This document shows positions 51,832-60,476 of a DNA stretch of 64,000 nucleotides, piece after piece. This DNA is from Candidatus Bathyarchaeota archaeon (GTDB lineage Archaea; Thermoproteota; Bathyarchaeia; 40CM-2-53-6): positions 414,654 to 478,653 of the forward strand of contig CAVPLU010000004.1 in NCBI GenBank assembly GCA_963706285.1, written 5' to 3'. Each line of letters starts with the position of its first letter. The first letter of the stretch is position 1. Position numbers and translations under genes: made by a program. The notes under the pieces are model-generated. The model was given only the letters and a program-made list of their open reading frames with translations, had not been told where the DNA came from and made no database searches.

Positions 51832-52148
51832 AGAAAGAGGAACTGGTTGCGACGAGGCTGCCGAGAAGCCTAGTGTTGGACTTGAAGAAGATAGAAAACA
51901 CTGAGCAGTCTGATCGCTCCACAGTACTGAGGAAGCTACTTCACGCGGCGGTGGCAGACTGGAAGAAGGAGTATGCGGCGAGGTTGTATGCTGAGGGCAA
52001 GGTGAGTTTGGAGAGAGCCGCAACGGATTCCGGAGCCTCTGTCAGAGAGATGATGGCCTATCTCAAGACGAAGAAGATACCTGGTCAATATGATGTAGAG
52101 GATTTGGAGGAGGACGTGAGAAGCTTCTACAAGAGAGTGGGGCGCTAA
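51828..52148 (+). CDS. UPF0175-like antitoxin (RHH plus HTH)
   Basis: VATRLP...DRSTVLRKLL...LYAEGKVSLERAA; ATGA overlap with the PIN gene. Confidence 0.85.
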   Translation: MKKEELVATRLPRSLVLDLKKIENTEQSDRSTVLRKLLHAAVADWKKEYAARLYAEGKVSLERAATDSGASVREMMAYLKTKKIPGQYDVEDLEEDVRSFYKRVGR

Positions 52149-52174
52149 GCGATGGGAAGGAAATAGATGGCAGG

Positions 52175-52285
52175 TCAGTTGACGAGGTAAGCCTCGATCG
52201 TTTCCTTCCTGCAGGGTGGGCAGAATCCAAGGCGATAGTTGTCGTAGGGAAGTGGTGCGAGACATCTCTCATAGAGTCTTGTCAC
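52175..52285 (-). CDS. possible 36-aa degenerate zinc-finger microprotein
   Basis: Manual translation MTRLYERCLAPLPYDNYRLGFCPPCRKETIEAYLVN. Confidence 0.3.
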   Translation of the reverse strand: MTRLYERCLAPLPYDNYRLGFCPPCRKETIEAYLVN

Positions 52286-52360
52286 TTGGACCGCCTTCTG
52301 CGGAGGGAGCGCGATTGGGGGTGCCAAATATACACGTGTTCAGTTACAGAAAGCACGGCA

Positions 52361-52396
52361 AGAAGCCCACGATCTTTAGTCGTGAGAGTATGTCAG
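52361..52396 (+). mobile_element. IS200/IS605 right end (copy B, different subtype)
   Basis: AGAAGCCCACGATCTTTAGTCGTGAGAGTATGTCAG: GAAGCCC-led subterminal hairpin ending in a TCA tetranucleotide. Confidence 0.65.
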
Positions 52397-52451
52397 AGAA
52401 TACTGTGGCAGAAGCCTTACCAAGTCTGCGGTGCAAATCACCGGGAGTCAG

Positions 52452-52568
52452 CTAGTGAGGCTTGCCGGGTTTGGTTTTACCGTTTGTGGCAAGCAGTCTC
52501 AGAAGCTCTTTATTCTCTTCGATGGTTTCTCGTATGATCTTCTCATTGAGGCTCTTCGGTTGAGCCAT
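52452..52568 (-). CDS. 38-aa helical peptide, putative antitoxin of the upstream Doc
   Basis: MAQPKSLNEKIIRETIEENKELLRLLA..; overlaps the doc 3' end. Confidence 0.55.
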   Translation of the reverse strand: MAQPKSLNEKIIRETIEENKELLRLLATNGKTKPGKPH

Positions 52569-52947
52569 GTTCAAGCCACTCCTGGATCTGCTGAAGGGTC
52601 TTGTTCTGCAGGTCCTTGATAAATGCATACCCGTCCTTGAATCGATCAACCTTGGGGTGTCTGCCGTTCCTTTTCAAGAAGACGCAGGCCGCAATGTAGG
52701 CTGTTCGGTGATTTCCACCTGCGAATGGGTGCAGTCTAACAAGTTCAGACATGAGTTGAGCCGCCTGGTAGATGATGCCTTGCGCCTCGCTCTCGCGTAC
52801 ATGGGCAAGGATGGCCTGTATGCCTTCGGAAGAGATCAGAAGACGGTGGGGATGTTTGTCGTCAAGATCAAGAGATACGACTCCGAAATTCGTGAAGACT
52901 ATGTCGTCTAGGGAAGGATACCACACGCGTCTTGGTTCATCAACCAT
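52543..52947 (-). CDS. Fic/Doc family toxin
   Basis: HPFAGGNHRTA motif, FLKRNG. Confidence 0.85.
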   Translation of the reverse strand: MVDEPRRVWYPSLDDIVFTNFGVVSLDLDDKHPHRLLISSEGIQAILAHVRESEAQGIIYQAAQLMSELVRLHPFAGGNHRTAYIAACVFLKRNGRHPKVDRFKDGYAFIKDLQNKTLQQIQEWLEHGSTEEPQ

Positions 52948-53041
52948 TTCTTGTCACTCCGCCGGTATGCATGATCGCCTCTAGGCCTCGCAGTTGGGTT
53001 GAATCTCTCCACTGACACATGCCGCTAATAGCTCGCTACTG

Positions 53042-53065
53042 GTTGCTCATGAAGGCAACGAAGAA
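53042..53065 (+). repeat. 24-bp direct repeat with internal palindrome, copy 1
   Basis: GTTGCTCATGAAGGCAACGAAGAA, identical to 54189-54212. Confidence 0.9.
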
Positions 53066-53203
53066 CCGCAGAGAAACGAAACTGGATAGGCATACTACAC
53101 CATCACAGAACAGTTGAAGCCTCTCAGTGTTCACTGAAGGCGTATTGGAAAAGCTGGGATCTTAGGCGGCTAGAGACGGAGCAAAACGAAGGATGGCCTC
53201 AGG

Positions 53204-54044
53204 CTAGCTTGATGGGTTTTCAGTCTCACGTTTCTTCCACGGTTTCGCAACGACGATTGCGACTGTGGCAATGAACCCGAACAGTGTCAGGTATGGTGCG
53301 AAGACGGCCGCCTTATTGACGGGTTCCATGAAGCCTCCGACGGGGGGCAAGTGATGAGGCGCCTGAGATGCAGTTGACCCCACAATATCAAGAGCGACCA
53401 GGAAGACTAGTCGCCTAAGCAATCCTGAGGCCAGATATTGTCATGTCCGTTACTGGAGTCGTATCCGAGGCGCTGCCAACTTGTCCATTGGTGAGCAGAA
53501 GTCAATGGGCTGGCCTGGTGCTATGCCTAGCCAGCTGAGTGGAATGCTGAACTCGTAGATCTTGTGATTCACTGCGCATTCGGGCTACTGCTGAACCCAA
53601 TCTTGGCATGGAAGGGAGTAGTGATCTCGGTGCCGCTATGCCCTCGATCTTGACCACGTTCTTAGCAGTAACCTGGATTTGATGCGTCATAGTTGAACCA
53701 CATGAGACACTCATCCTGGAGGGCGCCGCCACTGTCGGTAATATCACCTACCGCGTCAACCATGACGTAGAGGTTCGAGGCGTCGTTGACGAAGTAGACG
53801 TAGGTTGGCAGAACGTAGGAACTTGGGTAGGTAGGCGCGCGAAGACTATCTGTGGATTGTACCATTCTCCTTGCGTGAACTTGCCATCTATAGTAGGGGG
53901 AGTACTTGTCCACGTAGAATTGATGGACGGACTGCCACGCTAAGAGTGGGAGCAGTCTGGCAGAAGGATACTAGGTTCAATCCAATAGCTAGAGACCATT
54001 GACATATCCTGCGAGTAAGACGGCGCAAGCTTGATTGTTCGCAT
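53204..54044 (-). pseudogene. secreted DOMON/CBM9-like surface protein with a PVGG-TM-basic C-terminal tail; many frameshifts
   Basis: Reframed TPPTIDGKFTQGEW, YFVNDASNLYVMVDAVGD, HKIYEFSIP, and tail PVGGFMEPVNKAAVFAPYLTLFGFIATVAIVVAKPWKKR. Confidence 0.7.
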
Positions 54045-54185
54045 TCTGCCGACGGCGAATCACGTTGGATTGAGATGACACTTCAGTTGTGAAAGAGCGC
54101 TTTCACTACCAAAGCACGCTGAGCTGAGAACAATGCCCGCTCGTTTTCCCCATGGCTGCCACTGACCATCGTCAACAGTTCACGG

Positions 54186-54212
54186 TTCGTTGCTCATGAA
54201 GGCAACGAAGAA
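54186..54212 (+). repeat. 24-bp direct repeat, copy 2, with a perfect 8-8-8 palindrome
   Basis: TTCGTTGC-TCATGAAG-GCAACGAA-GAA. Confidence 0.9.
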
Positions 54213-54240
54213 TTGAGAGAGAAACAAGAACTGAAAGAAT

Positions 54241-54273
54241 AAGCGGCACCTCCCCAAAAGAAAGCGGCACCTC
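54241..54273 (+). repeat. 12-bp near-tandem direct repeat
   Basis: AAGCGGCACCTC at 54241-54252 and 54262-54273. Confidence 0.8.
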
Positions 54274-54299
54274 AAATCCCAGTTATCTGCATAAACCAA

Positions 54300-54512
54300 C
54301 TAGGGCGTGGTGACTATTCCGTAGATTCTGTACGCGACGCTAGCTAGGAAGATCAACGCGACGAGAAGAGCCACGATGCGGAGTCTCCTCTTGTTGATCA
54401 TGAGTCGCGTTCTTCCGTAGTATGGTGAGAGTAGCTCCGAAGTTGCGAGCAGAATGATTGCTGTGATCGCGGTCCAGAGGCTTAGATCCCAGAGAGTAAG
54501 CGGGAACGCCAA
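54300..54512 (-). CDS. small two-TM membrane protein
   Basis: FPLTLWDLSLWTAITAIILLATSELLSPYYG...KRRLR + TM helix. Confidence 0.75.
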   Translation of the reverse strand: MAFPLTLWDLSLWTAITAIILLATSELLSPYYGRTRLMINKRRLRIVALLVALIFLASVAYRIYGIVTTP

Positions 54513-54522
54513 TTGTGCGCGT

Positions 54523-56028
54523 TCACCCTGGAAGAATATTGTATGAGGACTCAACCGTGCTTGCGTCAGAGGTGTACTTGTCCTTATCAAACTCCACCGG
54601 CCTATGTGAGACTTCGGCGAGAACGCACGCCATCGCACTGCACATCGGACAACCAAACGACGAGCAGACTTTCGTGCTCTGCCTCAGCTTGCCGCAGAAC
54701 TCAGAGTAGACTGACTCAACGAACCTGAAAGTGACGTGGTCACCGTCGATAGTGATGTTGCAGTCTTGAACCATCTCAAGATCCTCAATCAACAGCTTCG
54801 GCAGTCGCTCAGTCATCTTTTCGAGGGTCCAATCGCTGAATTTGACGCCAAGCTCACGCTCGAAGAGGTTCGCTAACGCGAGCCCAGGCGGAACCATCGC
54901 GATACCATCCGGATCCTTCACGAACGTCTGCTTCTCGATTAGTTTGGGTATCTTCTTGAACGGTTGCGATGGAATGAAGACGACCGCCTTGTCAGAATTG
55001 TTCACGGGAAGATACACGCCCTTCTGCGTGTAGCCGAGGCTCGTGATCATGCGATCCATGCTTGTCAATGACGAGAGCGCCGTTGAGTCCATTAGGTCTG
55101 ATCGTCACGTAGTGGCGTGGTCTGATGAAGAGTAGCAGTGCGCCCCAGAACGTTAACCCGAGCCCAATGAACGCGAGCACGGTTGAAGTGAAAACCACAG
55201 AGACGATCAACGAGAAGGCGCCGACGCCGGCAAGACCGTAGCCGATCAGTGCAGATGAGCTTCGTACGATGAGCCTTCGAGATTTCAGTGTCAATGCTGG
55301 TTTGCGTCTTCGCGAGCTCGTCCAACTTCGGAATCAAGCTTGTTGGCATCAAGTCTGCGGTGGAGATCTGTGCAGGAACATTGGCCCGTGTTTTGATGAG
55401 TTCGCTGATTTCTGGAGTCCAAGTCGCAATGCCCAGTTCGGACTCGGTCTCTAACTCACTAGGCGCAATGCGAGGCTTGGTTACGGCTTTGGTCAAGGTG
55501 TGTCTGAACTTCTTGAAGGCGATCCGCCATAGACTGGGTGGGGCTTTTTCTATTCGTTATGGACGCCTTTTCTAGAACAACTCTCTTATTCCTATCGTTC
55601 TCCACCATCCAAGACTCAGGTGTCAGCGAAACCCCTCCCTCCTGCGGCTCAGGCGACCACAGGGGCTCACTCTCAGACTCCTCAACCTCCTCGATCGAAG
55701 AACTAGGAATCGAAGACGCTTTGCTTGTGGAGAGTTCAACTGCGGCTGGCTTTGACGGCGGCAGGGGAGGCCATATTGCAAGCTGAAGTCTCCAAAGCCT
55801 CGAAGGGCGAATCAGCGGGCTGCCACAATTTCTGCAGCGGCCATCGCGGGAGGTAGCTTCAACTCCACAGTCGTCGCAAAAGTAACCCAAACCTCTACTC
55901 GCTTTGCGGGTCTTGCTGGCTTTGCTGGGTTTGCTGGCGGCTTACTGGGGGGGAGTGGTCTGGCACAGATCCTGCAGTGCCTGTCGTCGACGTTTTGCTT
56001 TGGCTCCACACTGATCGCAGTAAACCAA
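54523..56028 (-). CDS. two zinc ribbons, Pro/Ser linker, two TM helices and a Cys-rich V4R-like C-terminal domain (several frameshifts; may be two genes)
   Basis: YCDQCG..HCRICA, FCDDCG..RCRNCG, PLPPSKP twice, TM pair, PPGLALANLFERELG, EFC..VC..FGCPMCSAMAC. Confidence 0.6.
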
Positions 56029-56117
56029 ACCTAGCCTTTCCCGATCAGGTCTAACAGACGACCCACGCAAATAAAAGCCGTGCCGATCCCGTTTCTGAGG
56101 GCAGCCAGGTTACACGC

Positions 56118-56240
56118 TTACCCGAAAGCGCCTTCAATGTATGCTTTCGTTCTCGGATCGTTCGGCTGTGCGAAGATGGTTTCGGTTGGGCCGTGCTCGA
56201 TCAACTCAAATAGAGAACGGCGACATAGTCGGCGACGCCT
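56118..56240 (-). pseudogene. PstB (phosphate ABC ATPase) C-terminal fragment
   Basis: Manual translation VADYVAVLY..LIEHGPTETIFAQPNDPRTKAYIEGAFG*. Confidence 0.75.
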
Positions 56241-56249
56241 ATCTGCCTG

Positions 56250-56384
56250 CTAGCGATAGACACGTTTTCTGAGATCAACATCATAGAAGACGATCTCTTT
56301 CTTGGTTTCATCTATCTTGTAGACTATCCGATACTTCCCCTTCGCCCCACTACTCTGTCTTTCCAGAAACCTTCCAGCTCACCA
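56250..56384 (-). pseudogene. RelE/ParE toxin C-terminal fragment
   Basis: Reframed GELEGFWKDRV..GKYRIVYKIDETKKEIVFYDVDLRKRVYR*. Confidence 0.7.
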
Positions 56385-56443
56385 ATTCGCGCAAACGGCA
56401 TGCAAATATGCTCGCCTGTCAGCCTACGAGAAGCGGATTGAAA

Positions 56444-56632
56444 ATGGTTCAACGCACCTTCACCGTTCGCCTTAGGAAGGATGAAGAAACGGGTTACTAT
56501 GCAGCTAGATGCGTCGAGCTGCCTGAGGCCATCAGCCAAGGCAAGACCGAGGAAGAGGCCGTTACGAACCTGAGAGAAGCCCTTGAGCTTGTCCTCGATA
56601 CGAGTGGGTCGACTTCATCAACTACCATCTAA
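56444..56632 (+). CDS. HicB family antitoxin (possibly 3'-truncated; no hicA next to it)
   Basis: GYYAARCVELPEAISQGKTEEEAVTNLREALELVL. Confidence 0.85.
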   Translation: MVQRTFTVRLRKDEETGYYAARCVELPEAISQGKTEEEAVTNLREALELVLDTSGSTSSTTI

Positions 56633-56659
56633 TTCGGATGCCTGAAGCGGCGCGGGCGT

Positions 56660-56774
56660 TGGTCCATGCTTCTGCACAGCGAGCGGATGCGAGTTGAACC
56701 ACATCGGGATGCCCACCCAACAGAGTAGCGGAGTGGAACCATGAATCCCCGACTCCAGTCGAGGAGAGAGTCAA
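56660..56774 (+). mobile_element. decayed tnpB 3' end plus IS200/IS605 right end (copy C, homologous to copy A)
   Basis: Shares ATGCTTCT, GGATGCG, ATGCCCACCCAACA, GAGTGGAA and TGAATC with copy A; hairpin TCCCCGACT-CC-AGTCGAGGA followed by TCAA. Confidence 0.75.
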
Positions 56775-56825
56775 CGAAACAAGGATCGCGTCCATCGGTC
56801 AAGGTGAACAGCTGAATCATCGTGC

Positions 56826-57230
56826 CTAGATCCATCTGCATTTGACTTGGGGGATCTTTTCAAAGTGCGGGGAGTCAGTTATGCATACGGCCTTTCGGAG
56901 AACACTCGTTGCCGCGATTAGACTATCCGCCATCGGCATGTCCTCGTTGTGGCGGACTTTGACCGCGTGCTTCAGCTGTGCCCCACGAACCGCAATCAGA
57001 TCGTCCACTGGGATCACATCAAACTCGTTTCTTATTCGTGAGATTCGGATTTCAGCTATTTCCTTTCCCTCTCTTTCCAGTGAAAGCTTGTAGATCTCGA
57101 AAAGAGTCACTGCCGACACCAGCCTAGTGTCATACTTCCGCATCAACTCCAGTAGCTGCCTGTGCGTGCTGGGCTCAGGCGATGCGAAGAAGTAGATGAA
57201 GAAGCGTGTCTCAAAGAGGGCGCTAGACAT
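56826..57230 (-). CDS. vapC: VapC/PIN toxin
   Basis: LFETRFF, SAVTLFEI, MADSLIAAT, ITDSPHF. Confidence 0.9.
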   Translation of the reverse strand: MSSALFETRFFIYFFASPEPSTHRQLLELMRKYDTRLVSAVTLFEIYKLSLEREGKEIAEIRISRIRNEFDVIPVDDLIAVRGAQLKHAVKVRHNEDMPMADSLIAATSVLRKAVCITDSPHFEKIPQVKCRWI

Positions 57231-57492
57231 TTTCCTTTCTCAGCTGATCAAGGCGGCTCAGCATCTCATCAACGGTCCAGTGTTTCGAAGCAGACCCCGC
57301 CAGCTCCTTGAAGGCCCCTTCAGCTGCGGGTATAACGACGAAGCTATCTGACTGCGGTATGAATTGCAGCTTCGTATGCGTGGTTATGTTAAGGCGCCGC
57401 CTGACAGTGCTGGGGATTGTGATCTGTCCTTTCGATGTAACCCTCCTGAAGCCTGACGGCGAATCCGCAGGTTCGGAGCGCTTGTTGGCCAT
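57223..57492 (-). CDS. vapB: AbrB/MazE-type VapB antitoxin
   Basis: VTSKGQITIPSTVRRRLNI; overlaps the vapC start. Confidence 0.9.
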   Translation of the reverse strand: MANKRSEPADSPSGFRRVTSKGQITIPSTVRRRLNITTHTKLQFIPQSDSFVVIPAAEGAFKELAGSASKHWTVDEMLSRLDQLRKENV

Positions 57493-57494
57493 TT

Positions 57495-57535
57495 CTTACC
57501 TGCTTCCTTACCATGTAAGACCTCAAGACTTACAT
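57495..57535. promoter_or_regulatory. putative VapB operator
   Basis: ATGTAAG-N9-CTTACAT inverted repeat (57513-57535) plus two extra CTTAC half-sites just upstream of vapB. Confidence 0.6.
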
Positions 57536-57699
57536 TTCAACCCTTCGTTATCGATGCGCCTAGGCCTCAAGGATGATCTTTCTAAGAAGGCATCAGAACC
57601 TTTCGAATCTCTTCGGCGTCTCGAGCGAGAACGCACGCCCTCTTGCGGTATTGCTTCTCGCCTAGCTTAGTTCTTCGCATCGTCGTCCTGTCTAGGAGA

Positions 57700-58148
57700 A
57701 CTGGATACATCGCCGACGCTTTTCGAAGCAGCATGAAGCAGATCCTGACGCGTTGCTGTTCTATGATGACTACAATGCAGAGGCAGCAGGCGGACTGCAG
57801 AAAGCTAAGTCTGATCGAGTCTACGAGCTAGTCAAACAACTTGTGACGGATGGCGTACCAATTCACGGTGTCGGTTTGCAGATGCATCTCTTCGCCGTCG
57901 AATATCCCAAGCCCGAAGATATCGCCGCCAATGTTCGCAGACTAGCGGCGTTGGGCTTGAAGGTTGCCATCACCGAGATGGATGTGCGGATCAAGGAGCT
58001 TCCGTTACCTATGCCTCAACGATTGGAGATGCAGCGTCAAATCTATCATGACGTGATTGCTGCCTGCGTACGGGAAGAGGGCTTCATGGGTGTCACGTTT
58101 TGGGGTTTCACGGATGCTCACTCATGGGGAGACAAGCGGGCACAATAA
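57700..58148 (+). pseudogene. GH10 endo-1,4-beta-xylanase fragment (C-terminal half)
   Basis: ADPDALLFYDDYN, GVPIHGVGLQMH, nucleophile motif ITEMDV, VTFWGFTDAHSW; WDVVNE half and the extreme C-terminus are absent. Confidence 0.85.
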
Positions 58149-58321
58149 CGGTAACGTTTCATCTCCGATCTTCAATTACGAGCGACCCCCACAACGCATG
58201 ACACTGTATATTCACCGGTTTGGCGAGGACGCTTTCTCTGGAAGGGGTGGACAATTGTTCTAGTAAACTGGTTCACAATTTAATTACTAGCTTAAACTCT
58301 AACGGTTTCGACGAAAAGCTC

Positions 58322-58732
58322 ATGACTCCGACCCAGCGCACGCCATCAACCCTACACCATCCTCTCTTACAGGGCGGTGATTCGCTCACATATCCATGGT
58401 TGGAGAATATACGGCGTCGAAGCTACAGAGATCACACGTGGGCTAGACTCGAAACTGCTGAGCGAGGCGTGTTCCGATGCGCTCTATGGATCACCAAAGC
58501 CAGAGGCAAAATCACCAACACAAGATTAGTGGAGCAAGTAACGCAAGTTGCATTGAAACTTCTTGACACAATTCAGAGCCGCATCGTGAGAGTCGGCAAG
58601 ACGAGAGCCATGATGATGTTTCGCGAGTATGCACGACCTGACGGAGTATTCAGCTGGGCTCCCAGAATGCGAACCTGGCTGAACGATCCTAGATGCATCA
58701 TGTATCTTGGAATGTTGGAGATGAACCACTAA
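58322..58732 (+). CDS. hypothetical basic protein
   Basis: Open frame with W.RL..AERG and FSWAPRMRTWLNDP..IMYLG; 1 nt from the next gene. Confidence 0.7.
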   Translation: MTPTQRTPSTLHHPLLQGGDSLTYPWLENIRRRSYRDHTWARLETAERGVFRCALWITKARGKITNTRLVEQVTQVALKLLDTIQSRIVRVGKTRAMMMFREYARPDGVFSWAPRMRTWLNDPRCIMYLGMLEMNH

Positions 58733-58733
58733 G

Positions 58734-58982
58734 ATGCATAAAGATCAAGCGATTGGAGCAGTAATCCTCGTAGCAAGCATAGTGGGAATCATAGTCTACG
58801 CATGGCTAACCTATGCTTACCCGATAGTGGTTCTACAGATCACTGCGTTTGTCGCTGTTGCAGCCGTGCTTCTCATACTCGCTTGGATAGGGTGGACGAT
58901 GGCGACAACGCCTCCACCCGCACCGCTCGAACCCGAACCCGCGTTCCCAGAACCTAGCACCACAGCAGAGAAGCAGGCGTAG
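58734..58982 (+). CDS. small two-TM protein with Pro-rich tail
   Basis: DQAIGAVILVAS...ILAWIGWTMATTPPP. Confidence 0.8.
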   Translation: MHKDQAIGAVILVASIVGIIVYAWLTYAYPIVVLQITAFVAVAAVLLILAWIGWTMATTPPPAPLEPEPAFPEPSTTAEKQA

Positions 58983-59312
58983 CCCTTCGTGTCACAAGCA
59001 AGCCTCGGACCGTCGCATTGAACCAGCCCGAGCCAGGCCACCCTACGCTGGACGTTGTCATGGAGTCTGTCACGCCCACGCGCCGGTCGAGTTCACTTCT
59101 CTAGAACATCTGTGACAATCATCTAGAGGCGTCCTATAGAGATGCTTCCGCGACGGTTAAGAAGCCTGGTGACAACACGTTGACGCCGCAGCGGCGAGAC
59201 ATACTTAGCAGCGGAATGCGTCATGATCCGTAGTGTACGGACATCGGCGACAATGTGCTCATAGTGATGCAGAACCTCAGGGTCGAGCAGATTCGTTTGA
59301 GTTGAATGGAGA

Positions 59313-60476
59313 ATGGTGGTCGGAGTAGTGCAGACAGCAGCGAGGATACCTCTGGCGAACCCTGTCTTGGACGAAGAGATGAAGGAGGCTGCGATTCGGG
59401 CTCTACAGAACGAGCGCTTTGTCGGAGGAGAGAGCGTCCACAAGTTCGAAGAGGAGTTCGCTCGATACTGCGGAACGCAAGTATGCCGTTTCAACAGCCT
59501 CTGGCACAGCCGCGCTCGTGCTTTCCCTAATCTCTCAAGGCGTTCGCGGAAATCAAGTAATTACAACTCCCACTTCGTTCGTGGCATCCGCGAATTCGAT
59601 CATTCATGCGGGCGCAACACCAAAATTCGCCGACATCAGCCTTGAAGACTACACGATTGACCCGGCAGAAGGTTCGCAGCTCAATAAACGACATGACCCG
59701 AGCGATAGTTCCCGTCCACTTGTATGGGTATCCTGCCCAGATGAAGGAGCTCCAAGAGGTAGCATCGAAACGCGGGACTGCAATAATTGAAGATGCTTGC
59801 CAAGCCCACGGTGCCTCCTACAACGGCAGGAAAGTTGGCTCGATAGGCGACGCTGGATGCTTCTCCTTCTTTCCCTCAAAGAACATGACCGTTGGAGGAG
59901 ACGGCGGCATGGTTGTCACAGACAAAGAATCAATTGCTCAATCCGTAACGAGCCTCAGAGACTGTGGAAGAGCAAAAGGAAGCAAATACCTCCACGACCT
60001 AGTAGGCTATACGGAGAGACTGAATACAGTCCAAGCCGCCATAGGACGAGTTCAACTTAAGCACCTTGACGCTTGGAACGAGAAGAGGAAACAGGTCGCA
60101 TACAAGTACAATGAACTCCTATCCGACGTGAAAGAACTCATCACACCGCCAGAAGGAAACACGCTCGTCAACCCAGTGTATCACATGTACGTTGTCAGAT
60201 GCGAGCAAAGGGATAACCTGAAGGCTTGGCTTGATCAGGCAGGAGTGGAAACTGGCATACACTACCCCGCCCCAATCCATCTTCAACCAATCTACCAAAA
60301 AATGTACGGATACATTGGAGGAGAGTTCCCGAACTCCGAAACCCTCTCCAAAGGCGCCCTCAGCATCCCAATGCATCCCGGCCTCACAACTGACGAAGTG
60401 AAACACGTAAGCGAGAGCATTCACGAGTTCTACGCTCGCAAGAATCAGAACATTCTCCCGCGAGGTAGCCAGATGA
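59313..60476 (+). CDS. DegT family sugar aminotransferase, WbpE-like (frameshifts)
   Basis: IPLANP, ASGTAAL, PVHLYG, EDACQAHGA, FSFFPSKNMTVGGDGG. Confidence 0.88.

Noticed and set aside
53042-54273. Repeats read as a CRISPR array, integron attC sites or SECIS elements
   Set aside because: Only two copies 1.1 kb apart, no spacer periodicity, no cas or intI genes, no attC architecture that I can recognise, and no in-frame UGA selenoprotein candidate nearby.
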